Assembly (NCBI GenBank): GCA_963716725.1
Contig: CAVQUB010000011.1
Coordinates: 128,001-192,000, forward strand
DNA from: an uncultured delta proteobacterium
GTDB taxonomy: Bacteria > Myxococcota_A > Polyangia > Polyangiales > Polyangiaceae
Reading direction: 5' to 3'
Length of the DNA: 64,000 bases
A program made the position numbers and the translations under genes. This document shows, piece by piece, positions 40,647 through 53,035 of this stretch. The number at the start of each line of letters is the position of its first letter. Position 1 is the first letter of the stretch. The notes beneath the pieces were generated by a model that was given only the letters and a program-made list of their open reading frames with translations, was not told where the DNA came from and made no database searches.

Positions 40647-40847
40647 GTGCCTCGCTCACCCGCCCTACTGCTCGCGGTACTCGCCTTGGCGGGTTGCGCC
40701 GACGTCGCCCCGTGGCAGCGCTCCAAGCTCGCGCACCCGAGCATGGCGGCGCCGGAAGTGAGCCCCAGCCGCGCGCACCTGCAAGCGCTCCAAGAGGGCG
40801 CGACCGGTGGCGATGCGACGGTATCGGCCGGTTGCGGCTGCAACTGA
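40647..40847 (+). CDS. DUF4266-family small lipoprotein
   Basis: Lipobox LAGC, V.PWQR..LA.P.M, EGA.GG, terminal GCGCN. Confidence 0.88.
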   Translation: MPRSPALLLAVLALAGCADVAPWQRSKLAHPSMAAPEVSPSRAHLQALQEGATGGDATVSAGCGCN

Positions 40848-41090
40848 GGCGTCACTTCCTGATGCCCCCGGCGGCGATGACCAAGTGCGGTTCGAGCGCC
40901 GCGGCGACCCCCCGAAACCGCGACGCGAGCTCCTGACTCGCCTGATCGGCTCCACCCGGCCCCGCGCTACCGCGAGAGAAAGCTCGAAAAACTCCGGGCG
41001 CGGGCCGCTTGGCCCTTCCCGCCGCCCTCTGCACGACGGCACCGCGCTGCGGGCTGTCCGCGCTGGCCAGCAGCCTGTGTTCAGCTCGAG

Positions 41091-41106
41091 CGGCACCGCT
41101 CTTGCA
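41091..41106 (+). promoter_or_regulatory. Putative sigma54 promoter upstream of dnaG-rpoD
   Basis: CGGCACCGCTCTTGCA: GGCAC at -24, TTGCA at -12, exact N10 spacing, 57 nt before ATG 41163. Confidence 0.65.
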
Positions 41107-41162
41107 AGTGAGGCTTTCGCACAAAGGGGTTGGTTTCCCTTGGATCGCAGCTGAATTGGAGT

Positions 41163-43067
41163 ATGCCTCCCGCCGTGATCGCGCAGGAGACCATCGAGCG
41201 CGTCCGCGCCCACACGGCGATTGTGGCCGTCGTCGGCGAGACAGTGAAGCTGCAGAAGCGAGGCCGGTCCCATCAGGGTCTGTGCCCCTTCCACAAAGAG
41301 AAGACCCCGAGCTTTCACGTCAACGAAGAGCGAGGCTTCTACCACTGCTTCGGCTGCGGCGCCCACGGGGACGCCTTCCGATTCCTGATGGATCTCGAGG
41401 GGCTGAGCTTCGTCGAAGCGATTCGGCGTCTGGCCGAACGCGCGGGCATCACCATCGTCGAACACCACGACGAAGCGCAGAAGCGCGAAGAACTCGAGGC
41501 GCGCCGCCGGCAAGACGAGCTGTACTCCGTGGGCAGTGTGGCTGCGGAGTTCTTCGAACGAATGCTGCGCGAGCACTCCCTCGGACGCCACGCCGAGCGC
41601 GAACTCGACAAGCGCGGACTGCGCAGCGACGACGCCACCGGACCCATCGCGGATGCGTTGCAGGCGTTTCGCATTGGCTACGCCCCCTATTCGTGGGACG
41701 CGCTCGCGGAACACCTGCGCGACGCTGGGATCAGCCATCGCGCGGCGGAGCAGGTCGGACTGCTCGTTCCACGCAAGAGCGGAAGCGGTCACTACGATCG
41801 CTTCCGCCATCGCCTGATGTTCGCGGTGCTCGACCTCCAAGGGCGCGTCATCGCGTTCAGCGGACGAGCGCTGGACGATCCCACCGACGCCGAGCTGTCT
41901 TCGCTCGGGGTCGAGCGCGTTGGCAGCAGCACGCCCGGTGAGGCGCCGGCCAAGTACGTGAACTCGCCGGAGTCGCCCATCTACAAGAAACGTGAGGCGG
42001 TCTTCGGCCTCTACCAAGCCCGGAGCGCTGTCCGCGACTCCGGCGTCGCGGTGTTGGTCGAAGGGAACTTCGACGTGGTCAGCCTGCACGCCCAGGGGAT
42101 CAAGAACGTGGTGGCGCCCCTCGGAACCGCGTTCACGCCCGAGCAAGCACGGCTGGTGAAGCGATTCGCCCCGAGCGTGACGCTCTTGTTCGACGGCGAC
42201 TCCGCGGGCCGACGCGCGGTCGTCGCGTCCCGAGAGTCGTGCAAACAGTCAGGACTATCCGCCAAAGTCGCGACGCTGCCCCAAGGCACCGATCCCGACG
42301 AGCTGTGTCGAACCCAGGGCGCCGAGGCGATTCGGCGCGTGGTGGGCGCGGCCCGAGGTCTGCTCGAGTACCTGATCGAAACTTCACTCGACGCCCTCGC
42401 CGGGACCGATGCCCAGGCCCGCGCCGCCAAGCTCAAAGAAGTGACCGAGCTCCTGGCGGCGGAGGACGATCCGGCGGTTCGGGCCCTGGCCGAGCAGCAC
42501 GCCGACCGCATCGCCGGCCGCCTGGGCATGGGGGACGAACGCACCTTTCGCGCGCTTCGGAGCTCCGTGTTGGCGCGCATGACCGACGCCAGTCCCCGAC
42601 GTGGCGCGGCCCAGAGCCCCGAGCGCGCTCGGTCCAGCTCCGGTCGAAGCGAAGTCGAGCAGGTCGTTTTCGGCGCCTTATTGGACTATCCGGAGCTTCT
42701 CGGCGATGACGAGGTGCTCGCGGGGGTCGACCTGATCGAGGGCGATGTGGCCGGGGCAATTGCCGCACTGCGTCAGGCTTGCTTGAGTGGATCGTTGCAG
42801 AACCCTGAAGTTGTCCTTGCGAAGCTCGCTCCTTCGATCCATCCATTCGCCTCCGCTCGGCTGGCCGCGCCCCGACACGACCGTGTCGAAGACGCAAGAG
42901 GCGAGCTTTTGCAGAATATCGCGAAGTTGAAACGACTCGAGCTCAAGCGACAGCGAAGCGAAGTGATGCGAGAGCTTCAGCAAGCTGCGAGCGTTGGGGA
43001 TGTCGATCAGGAAATGGCTCTGCTGCGTGAGCACATGCGCCGAACGCGTGAGCGTCACGGGCTTTGA
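41163..43067 (+). CDS. dnaG: DNA primase
   Basis: CHC2 finger CPFHKEKTPSF...HCFGCG, DRFR.RLMF, KYVNSPE, VEGNFDV, GTA, FDGD.AG, DPDE. Confidence 0.97.
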   Translation: MPPAVIAQETIERVRAHTAIVAVVGETVKLQKRGRSHQGLCPFHKEKTPSFHVNEERGFYHCFGCGAHGDAFRFLMDLEGLSFVEAIRRLAERAGITIVEHHDEAQKREELEARRRQDELYSVGSVAAEFFERMLREHSLGRHAERELDKRGLRSDDATGPIADALQAFRIGYAPYSWDALAEHLRDAGISHRAAEQVGLLVPRKSGSGHYDRFRHRLMFAVLDLQGRVIAFSGRALDDPTDAELSSLGVERVGSSTPGEAPAKYVNSPESPIYKKREAVFGLYQARSAVRDSGVAVLVEGNFDVVSLHAQGIKNVVAPLGTAFTPEQARLVKRFAPSVTLLFDGDSAGRRAVVASRESCKQSGLSAKVATLPQGTDPDELCRTQGAEAIRRVVGAARGLLEYLIETSLDALAGTDAQARAAKLKEVTELLAAEDDPAVRALAEQHADRIAGRLGMGDERTFRALRSSVLARMTDASPRRGAAQSPERARSSSGRSEVEQVVFGALLDYPELLGDDEVLAGVDLIEGDVAGAIAALRQACLSGSLQNPEVVLAKLAPSIHPFASARLAAPRHDRVEDARGELLQNIAKLKRLELKRQRSEVMRELQQAASVGDVDQEMALLREHMRRTRERHGL

Positions 43068-43079
43068 ATCGAGGTAGCT

Positions 43080-45229
<2,150 letters not shown>

Positions 45230-45250
45230 GCTCGCTCACTGAGCGACGGC

Positions 45251-45283
45251 AAACGGCGTGGGCGACCGCGCCGTTTTGCTTTT
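45251..45283 (+). terminator. Intrinsic terminator of dnaG-rpoD
   Basis: AAACGGCGTGG-GCGA-CCGCGCCGTTT stem with GNRA loop, then TGCTTTT. Confidence 0.8.
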
Positions 45284-45336
45284 GTGAGAGTGCTGGCCGA
45301 CGCGCGCAACTTCGCGTGGGCCAGCGGGGGCCCTCG

Positions 45337-46179
45337 TCACGGACACTCGCAGTACGGATCTCGCTCGGCTTCGGACGCGCAGATCCAGTCCCACTTGCCG
45401 GTGTCCGAACAGCAATCGGAGTCCCGCTCACATACGGCAGCGGCACACGTGCTGCAGCTCTCGTTCAGCGCGGCCCCCTCAGTGCACTCGTCGTGGGCGC
45501 ACGCGCTCACTCCGTCCGCGCACACGCCGCGGCAAATGCCGACCGTCTTCTTTGCCTCGGCCACACACTCTTCGGTCCAGCCTTTGGCCTCGAGGTCCCA
45601 GAGCGCGTGACCAATCTCGTGCCCCGCGATTCGAGCCACGTCTGGGTTCGCCGCGAAGATCCCGATGCGGACCTGGGCTGACGCCGTGCCCGCCCATTCG
45701 CTCGTGTTGGCGGGCATGAGCACCACGTCCGAGTGCGTCTCGGTGCGCGCGGCGTCGAGCTTTGCCAGCGTTTCTGCGGGCAGGTCGTCGCGCATCCAGA
45801 TCTGGCGGTGCATGGCCGGATCGTTCGGGTCGTGGGCGTGTTCGACGCGGAACGCCGTGTCTCTCACGGTCCCGGTCGCCGCATCGGAGAGCCCCGAGTC
45901 CACGGACGTGAAGAACTTCCGATACACGGCGACGTACTTCCAGTTCTCCGCGAAGCCCGGGATGGCCTCCAGCTTGGCGAGCATCGCCTGGGCGTCGGCG
46001 TCGAACCTGGACTCCTCGCTCTTGGTGTAGCCCTCGGCGACCAATAAGAAGGTGTAGGCCGTGCAGGGCTGGCTCGGCTCGACCACCTGGACGCTGGGGC
46101 CGGCATCAGCGCCCCCGCTTCCGCCCACGTAGACCGCGCGCCGCGGGCCAATTGGCGATCGCTGACGAGCGCTCGGCAC
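45337..46179 (-). pseudogene. Peptidase M64 (IgA-protease-like) fragment fused to a Cys-rich module; probably truncated/internally deleted
   Basis: LLVAEGYT.....[21 protein letters not shown]; no signal peptide or convincing start; HExxH not followed by the usual DEY. Confidence 0.55.
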
Positions 46180-46205
46180 GCGGGTTCGGGCTGCTCACCA
46201 GCGCT

Positions 46206-47354
46206 TCATGCAACGACATCCCGTCTTCCGGCAACCCGAACCCGATGCACCTCGCTGAGGATGGATGCCACGCGGCGGAGCCAACCCCAAAAGGTCAGAC
46301 ACCAGGCGATGAGCGCGACGATCACGAAACGTCGGGCCACCGCCGTGAGCTCGGGCACGCCAACGACCGTCGCCACCTGGAAGGTACACGCGGTGTACAT
46401 GCCCAATGGGAAGACGGCGCCCCAATACAGCGGGTCGTAGGTGACCGGGAAGCGCTTCACTGCGTGCCGCCAGACGGCCAAGATCACCAGCATGGGGATC
46501 CACCAGGTGGCAGTGGCCCAGTACCAGAGCGTGAAGCCTTTGAGGAAAGGCAGCAGCGAGACCAGCAGAGGCGAGGCGTCCGCGTGCTTGATCAGCGTGG
46601 TGCCGGCCAGCGTCGAGATCGCCATCGCTCCCATGTTGATCCAGTAGGGCGGCATCAGATCGCTGGGGAGAAATCGAAAGAACGTATAGCGGTAGAAGAT
46701 CAGCGAGATGGTCCAGATGTAGAGCATCCCGCCGCACAGCCAAAAGGAGAGCATCACGAAGAGGGCGAAGACCCGATGGGGACCGAAGGTGCTCGAGATG
46801 TTGGTGCCGAGCACGCACAGCGACTGTGTGGCGACCACCGCCACCAGCCATCCACCGTTGATGCCGTTGGGCAGCGTAGGCTTGGCGTCGCGGACCGTCA
46901 GCGCGGTGAAGATGGCGTACATGCAGCCGCACCACAGCGCGAGGCCCACCCACCACAGCCCTCGCCCGAGCCCCAATGCCGAGCGCAGCGTGACGTGCTG
47001 CGTTCCCACCACGCAGGTGCTCGCCACGATGGTGAAGAACCCGACGCCGCGCTGGTGATCGCTCCAGTCCGCCAGGAAGGCGCGAGGAAAGCGCACCAGC
47101 CTGAGCAGGTTCAACCCGATGAGCATGGCGAAGAGCGGCACGGTCAGCCACAGCAGCACCTTCGCGAAGGTGCCATAGCCGAGGAGCTGGCAGGCAATGG
47201 ACACGATGCCCGTGGACATCACCATGGCGAAGTACGCCGGATGCAGGTTCTTCAGGCGTTCGTCGGTGACGTGAGCGATCGCGGCGCCGAGCCTCAGTCC
47301 GGACGCGCGCGCAGGGGGCAGGTCCGACTTCAGAGCCTCAGTGGCTTGCTGCAC
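46206..47354 (-). CDS. TDT/SLAC1 family transporter (tellurite resistance/C4-dicarboxylate)
   Basis: PAYFAMVMSTGI, FFTIVA, INGGWL...VATQS, PPYWINMGA.AIS.LAG, YWGAVFPLGMY; ~10 TMs; start uncertain. Confidence 0.88.
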   Translation of the reverse strand: MQQATEALKSDLPPARASGLRLGAAIAHVTDERLKNLHPAYFAMVMSTGIVSIACQLLGYGTFAKVLLWLTVPLFAMLIGLNLLRLVRFPRAFLADWSDHQRGVGFFTIVASTCVVGTQHVTLRSALGLGRGLWWVGLALWCGCMYAIFTALTVRDAKPTLPNGINGGWLVAVVATQSLCVLGTNISSTFGPHRVFALFVMLSFWLCGGMLYIWTISLIFYRYTFFRFLPSDLMPPYWINMGAMAISTLAGTTLIKHADASPLLVSLLPFLKGFTLWYWATATWWIPMLVILAVWRHAVKRFPVTYDPLYWGAVFPLGMYTACTFQVATVVGVPELTAVARRFVIVALIAWCLTFWGWLRRVASILSEVHRVRVAGRRDVVA

Positions 47355-47943
47355 GGGCCCTGGCGAGCCTCTCGATGGTGGCCATCGTGCGCGCCGACTT
47401 GTGCACTGGCTCGCCGCACTCGAAAGCGTCGAAGCGCTCCCGAGAGTCATCCCAGCGGAGCTTGACCGGCGTCAGCCAGCCCCCGCGCTGACACGCCGGA
47501 CAGGCCTCGAACTCGACGCCGACCCGTGCCTTCGTCGCCGCGTCGGCTGGCGGGGCTTGGTCCAAGAAGCTGAGCAGCTGCAGGTCGCCAGCTTCGATCG
47601 ACTCCAAGAGCTCTGCGTGGGTGTCCTCGCGCAGCATCAGCGTGCGCGTTTGCAGCGGTTCACGGCAGGTGGCGCAGGCTTGCACTCCCGAGACGAAGAG
47701 CAGCATGGCGCCCGCGATGATCGCGCCGAAGGCGCACACCCCAGAGAGGATCTCGCCCGCGGTACCGAACGCACTGGCCGCGGCAAACGAGAGCGCCATG
47801 AGCGCTGCTGTGCCGCCAAAGATTGACAGCAAACCTGCCGCCACCAAACCCCATGAGAGCCTGACGGATGTGCCGTTGACGTCGGTCTCCGGGCCCGGCG
47901 GGATGACCTGTGTCGCGGTGGACGAAACGTAGGAAGTAGCCAT
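47338..47943 (-). CDS. Hypothetical membrane protein with two CxxC pairs
   Basis: RBS GAGGAG; two TMs, CATC and CPAC. Confidence 0.65.
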   Translation of the reverse strand: MATSYVSSTATQVIPPGPETDVNGTSVRLSWGLVAAGLLSIFGGTAALMALSFAAASAFGTAGEILSGVCAFGAIIAGAMLLFVSGVQACATCREPLQTRTLMLREDTHAELLESIEAGDLQLLSFLDQAPPADAATKARVGVEFEACPACQRGGWLTPVKLRWDDSRERFDAFECGEPVHKSARTMATIERLARARAASH

Positions 47944-48065
47944 CGGTCAGCTCCTCAGTTGGATGTTCGGAACCACTCCCAAATGGTGAAGGATTCGGGA
48001 AAGCCCGACAATCGGCCGCGCCTCACGCAGCTGTCAGCGAACGCCTACGCGAGCGTAGGCCGTCG

Positions 48066-48698
48066 TCAGTCGATGAGGCCGTGCTGCAACGCGTAGCGAG
48101 TGAGGTCCGCGTTGGTCCGGAGCTGGAGCTTCTCCAAGATCCTCGTGCGATAGGTGCTGACCGTCTTCGCGCTGATCTGCAGATCGCTTGCCACCTCGCT
48201 CACGCTGCGGCCAGCTGCCAACGCGACGAGTACGGAGAATTCCCGAGCAGAAAGCGCCTCGTGGGGGGCGACGCTCTGCCCGGTGGCGCGTTCCTGAGCC
48301 AGCTTCTCGGCGAGCACCTCGGACACGTACAGGCGCTTGTTGAGGACTTTGTTGATGGCCTGAACGAGCTCTTCGGGGGCGCGCTCTTTGGTGATGTAGC
48401 CCGCCGCACCGGCCCGCAGAGCGCGGATCGCGAACTGCTCTTCGGAATGCATGCTCACCACCAGCACCGGCAGATTGGGCCGCAAAGCCTTGATATTGCC
48501 GAGCACTTCCATCCCGGTCTGACCGGGCATGGTGATGTCCAGGAGCACTGCGTCCCAGTCGTGCTGGCTGACCATGGCCAGAGTCTGCTCGGCGCTGGCC
48601 GCTTCGCCCAAGCGCACCGGACCCAGCTGCTCTGCGACGATCTTGCAGATCCCTGCCCGCACCATGGCGTGGTCGTCAGCGACGAGGATCTTCAGCAC
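48066..48698 (-). CDS. NarL/LuxR-family response regulator
   Basis: ILVADDH, LLDITMPG, GAAGYITK, LSAREFSV...ISAKTVSTYRTRILEKL. Confidence 0.95.
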   Translation of the reverse strand: MLKILVADDHAMVRAGICKIVAEQLGPVRLGEAASAEQTLAMVSQHDWDAVLLDITMPGQTGMEVLGNIKALRPNLPVLVVSMHSEEQFAIRALRAGAAGYITKERAPEELVQAINKVLNKRLYVSEVLAEKLAQERATGQSVAPHEALSAREFSVLVALAAGRSVSEVASDLQISAKTVSTYRTRILEKLQLRTNADLTRYALQHGLID

Positions 48699-50467
48699 GA
48701 TTCGGCTCCTCCCGCAGCGCGCGTGGGCACTACTAGGCTGACCCGTGTGCCCGCGCCGGGGGCGCTCGTCAAGTCGATGGTGCCGCCGATCAGCCGCGCG
48801 CGTTCGCGCATGCCCAGCAGGCCCAGCGATGTGGAGTCGTCGGCCACGCCCTCCGGCAGTCCCTTGCCGTCGTCGATGACTTCGAGCGTGAGCGCTTCGG
48901 CGGTCTGTGTCAGCGACGCTCGCACGTGGGTCGCCTCGGCGTGGCGCGTCACGTTGGTCAGGGCCTCTTGGAAGACCCGGAAGATAGCCGTCGCCTGAGT
49001 GGGGTCGACCGCCAGGATTGGGGCGGCGATCTCCAGCTCGCAGTGGATCCCGCCATGCCGCTCGAACTCGCCGGCTTGCCACTCGAGGGCGGCTTCGAGG
49101 CCCAGCTGATCGAGGACCCCGGGACGCAGGGCGGTGGAAATGTCCCGCACCAGCTGGACCATTTCGTCCACGCGCCCCCCCAGCTCCCCCAGCGAAACGC
49201 TGGAGTCAGGCGCCTTGCGGGCGACGGCGGCGATGTCCAGCTTCAGCGCGGTGAGGGACTGCCCGAGTTGGTCGTGCAATTCTCGGGCGATGCGCGCGCT
49301 CTCTTCTTCTCGCGCGGACTGCAGTCCCTGCGAGAGCGCGCGGAGCTGGCGCTCGCTGGCGCGCAGCTCCGCCGCGTGCTCTTCGGCTTCGCGCTGTCGC
49401 CGCTCGAGCACGTCCGCCATCGAGTTGAAGGTTCGTGCCAGCACCGCGATCTCGCTCTCGGGCAAGCGCTCCGGCGCGCGGGCGTGGGGGTCGCCCTCCG
49501 CCAAGCGTTGCGTTGCGCTCACCAGCGCGCGGATGCCGCGCAGCACGAAGACCTCGGTTCCAAGGAGGCCCACGGCGGCCGCGAACAGCGTGAGGGCGAC
49601 CAGGGCAGCGATCTGTTGCCAGAGCGCGCGGTCCGCCGGCGCAAAGGCGAGCGTGCTCGGCACGCCGACCAACGCGTAGACGTCTTCCATGCTGGCCAAG
49701 GGGGCGATGGACAGCAGCCTCGAGACGCCGTCGATGTCGACGGCGCTGCCGACGTACCGGCCTCGACGTGGCGCCGCGAGCACTGCCGCGATACCGGTGT
49801 GGGTCGATCCCACCCAGCGTTCGGAGTCCGCCGAACGGGCCAGGATCCTCCCCTGCCGGTCGACCAGGGTCAGCACCGTCTGGGCGGGCAGCTCGGCCTG
49901 CTCCGCGAGCTTGCCGAACCACCCGAGTTCGAGAGCGACGAAGAGGACCCGCTGGACGCCGCCGGAGGCGTCACGCACCGCGTACGCGAGCACCAGCACC
50001 GGGCGCTGCACGATCAGTCCGATTTGATAGTCGCCGCTCTCGACGGTCTGCGAGTGCACCGCGCGCTGAAACGCCGGCGTCTGGGACATGTCGACCGGGT
50101 GCGGAACCGGTGCGACCGAGCAAGTGACGCGACCGGTATCGGTCAGGATGCCGAGGTTCGCGAAGTGGGGAAACCCGCGCAGCAAGGGCGAGAAAAAGGC
50201 GGGGCACTTTCCTGCGGAGTCCTCGGCGGCCCCGGGAATGCTGCCCAGGCTCGCCAGCAACTCGCGTCCGGCTGAAATCTCCCGGGCATGCTCGCGCGAC
50301 GCGAGTCGCGCGACGCGAAGTGAGTCGGCTTCCACGGCGCGCATGGTGGCGTTGCGCTGCCCGGCCGCCGTGAGCAGAATCATGGCCAGCGCTGGCACGG
50401 TGACGATTCCGATCAGCACCAAGAACCTCGCCCGAAGCGTGAAACGAAGCGCCCCCCTCGCGGACAT
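48692..50467 (-). CDS. Sensor histidine kinase (Cache-HAMP-HisKA_3-HATPase)
   Basis: Two TMs around a periplasmic domain, HAMP EIAVLARTFNSMA, RIARELHDQLGQ, QEALTNV.RHA, DDGKG, GLLGMRER. Confidence 0.93.
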   Translation of the reverse strand: MSARGALRFTLRARFLVLIGIVTVPALAMILLTAAGQRNATMRAVEADSLRVARLASREHAREISAGRELLASLGSIPGAAEDSAGKCPAFFSPLLRGFPHFANLGILTDTGRVTCSVAPVPHPVDMSQTPAFQRAVHSQTVESGDYQIGLIVQRPVLVLAYAVRDASGGVQRVLFVALELGWFGKLAEQAELPAQTVLTLVDRQGRILARSADSERWVGSTHTGIAAVLAAPRRGRYVGSAVDIDGVSRLLSIAPLASMEDVYALVGVPSTLAFAPADRALWQQIAALVALTLFAAAVGLLGTEVFVLRGIRALVSATQRLAEGDPHARAPERLPESEIAVLARTFNSMADVLERRQREAEEHAAELRASERQLRALSQGLQSAREEESARIARELHDQLGQSLTALKLDIAAVARKAPDSSVSLGELGGRVDEMVQLVRDISTALRPGVLDQLGLEAALEWQAGEFERHGGIHCELEIAAPILAVDPTQATAIFRVFQEALTNVTRHAEATHVRASLTQTAEALTLEVIDDGKGLPEGVADDSTSLGLLGMRERARLIGGTIDLTSAPGAGTRVSLVVPTRAAGGAESC

Positions 50468-50705
50468 GGCAGTGGCGCTGTGCCGGACGGGCATGCGACA
50501 CAATAAATGACCGGTCGCGATTGTCGAACGCGGACCGGGGCGAGGAGTTTGGAGTTGCCCCCCCACGCCCGGGCGCGGCTACGCCTCGCGCGGGCTTCCC
50601 CCCCAAATCGGCCGCTCCGCGGCCTCAGGGGGGGAATTGAGGTCATCCCGCAGCTCGCAACGCCCGCAGCTCGCAATGCCTAGGCGAACAACGATGCCTC
50701 TGCGG

Positions 50706-52237
50706 CTAGACTTCGCAAAACCCGAATTTGGTCGCGCTGCAGCAGTTGACCGCCGAATTCTGAACACACCACGGGAGGCTTGGGGGGCAGGTTCCGCAGA
50801 CGGTGTTGCCCCCGCAACCGTTGGGCCGCGTGCCGCACTCGTCGAGCTGGTCGCAGGCGTTCGGATCGGGCGTGCAACAGCTCGCGTTGTAACAAAGCGC
50901 GGTGCCCGTACAGCCGCAATCCGCCGGACAAGTCGAGCAATTCTCCGGAGCGGCGCAGGTGCCATCACCGCAGCCAACGCACTTGCCGCTGCCGTTGCAG
51001 GTCAACGTGCCGGAGCAGGTGCCACAGCTGCCGCCACAAGCGTTGCTACCACACTGCTTGCCGCTGCACTGCGGCGTGCAGCAACTCGAGTTGTAGCAAG
51101 TGGCCGAGCCGCTGCATGAGCAGTCAGCCGGACAGTTCCCGCAGTTCTCACCGGCTTGGCAGCTACCGTTGCCACACGCTACGTCCTGCACGCAATTCGA
51201 GGTCTGGCACGAGAACCCCGACTGGCAGGTGCCGCAACTGCCGCCGCAGCCGTTCGAGCCGCAGGTCTTGCCAGCGCACTGCGGCGTACAGCAGCTGCCA
51301 GCGGAGGTGCAGGACTGCCCGCCGCTGCAGGGACAGTCACTGGCGCAGTTCGCGCAGTTCTCTCCGGTCTGGCAGGTGCCGTTGCCGCAGACCAGGTCCA
51401 GCACACAGTTGCCGCCCGTGCACGTCGAGCCGCTGGTGCAGCTACCACATACCCCGCCGCAACCGTCGGACCCGCAGCTCTTGCCGGCGCAGTTCTTGGT
51501 GCAGCAAGCCCCGGCCACGCAGCTCCCGCCAGTGCATGCGCAGTCGGCGCAGTTCGCGCAGGTCTCACCCGCGGCAAGCTCACAGCTGCCGTTGCCACAG
51601 GTCGTCGAGGTCACGCAGGCGCCGTTCTGACAGATGCTGCCCGTAGCACACTGGGAGCAGACACCGCCGCAGCCGTCGTCGCCGCACTTCCCAGCGGGGC
51701 AACTGGGCGTGCAGCACGCTCCGCCCAAGCACACCCCGTCCTTGCAACCGCAATCCAAGGCGCAGCTTTCGCAGCTCTCCGTGGGATCGCAGAGCTTGTT
51801 GCCGCAGGAAACCTGAGCGACGCACTTGCCCCCCACGCACAGCTCGCCCGACGGGCACCCCAGGCAGTCGATGGCGTAGCCGCAGCCATCGTTGCTGATG
51901 CCACACTCGATGCCGAGGAATCGGCGCAGGTGCTCGAGACACACCCCGTACCACAACGATTCGGGCCACCCCCGCCACAGACCTGGCCGCTCGGGCAGCC
52001 GCCACAATCCAGGACTTTGCCGCAGCCGTCGATGAGTTTGCCGCAGTCGTCCGCAGTACAGACCGCGGGCACACACGCGGCCGCATCAACCCCGCCGTCT
52101 TGGGCTCCGCCCGCGTCGGCGGGGTCGCCCTTCAAATCGTCGAGAGACGATGCCAACGAACAGGCGCCGAACAGCGCGAGTCCCATCGCGACCGGGAACA
52201 GCCTGAAGAAAGCCCGCAGCATCTGGCTCGGAATCAT
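50706..52237 (-). CDS. Cys-rich repeat lipoprotein (frameshift near 51920)
   Basis: Lipobox FGAC; alternating repeats CGNG.C...ENC.NC..DC.C and CCTPQC.GK.CGS.GCGGSCG.C; N-terminus in one track ORF, remainder in another. Confidence 0.8.
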
Positions 52238-52328
52238 GGCACGGAGTGGCGCCACTTGCATCCGCGCCACCGTGCTCCGGCGCGCCGGAGGCGGAACCAC
52301 AGCGTGTGCCGCTCGACGGGCAGCTTGC

Positions 52329-52811
52329 TCAGGGCAGGCAGCTGGAAGCTGGCGTCTCGTCGAAGTCACACTTCGCGGTGGTGAGGCCCGGAGAGCACTG
52401 GGCGACTTGTTCTTCGCCGCTCGGGCACGGGCCCGTGGCGCCGCAGTAGCAAGCACCTCGAGAGTCGTCCGTGACCTTGCAGCAGACCGGCCCCGTGCAC
52501 GTGTCGGCGCCCGACGAAGGCGCTGTGTTGAACTCACACCCGCAGCTCTGCCCGACCATTTCGCACTTCCAACTCGTGCAACTGCAGATCTCGGGGCCGT
52601 CGCAGCAAGCGATTGGGAGGTTGGTGTAGCTCGGCCCCTGTTCGCAGGCATCGACGGCAGTCGCGCCCGAGGGGAGCGGCTCACCACAGGCGCACTTGCC
52701 CAAGTCGACGTAACACTTGGCGGTGGGTTTCGTTGCGCCGCCGTCCGAGCTCCCACACGACAGCAGCAAGACCGACCCCAAGAGCACGTGGACCAGCGAC
52801 ATGACCTTCAT
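52329..52811 (-). CDS. Small Cys-rich lipoprotein
   Basis: Lipobox LLSC, about 20 Cys in 160 aa. Confidence 0.7.
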   Translation of the reverse strand: MKVMSLVHVLLGSVLLLSCGSSDGGATKPTAKCYVDLGKCACGEPLPSGATAVDACEQGPSYTNLPIACCDGPEICSCTSWKCEMVGQSCGCEFNTAPSSGADTCTGPVCCKVTDDSRGACYCGATGPCPSGEEQVAQCSPGLTTAKCDFDETPASSCLP

Positions 52812-53035
52812 GGAAACCCCTCGCAGACTCTAGCGCACATCGCCTGGAGGGAAGCACCCATCACAGCGGGCGACCGGGCAAGAGCCCGAAGGTTCGGGCT
52901 CCGGGAGTTCCTGCGAATTCGCGCACGCGACACGGCCCGTCGCTGCTCGCAGGCGCGGACGCCGTGGAGGGGAAACCGGGTCTTGGGGGCTTCGCAGCAG
53001 GGTCCAGTTTGACATCGCGACGACTGATCGCGAGT

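Noticed and set aside
40848..41090. Small ORFs or a structured RNA between DUF4266 and dnaG
   Set aside because: Only short GC-rich stems expected by chance; no tRNA or riboswitch hallmark and no protein motif recognised.
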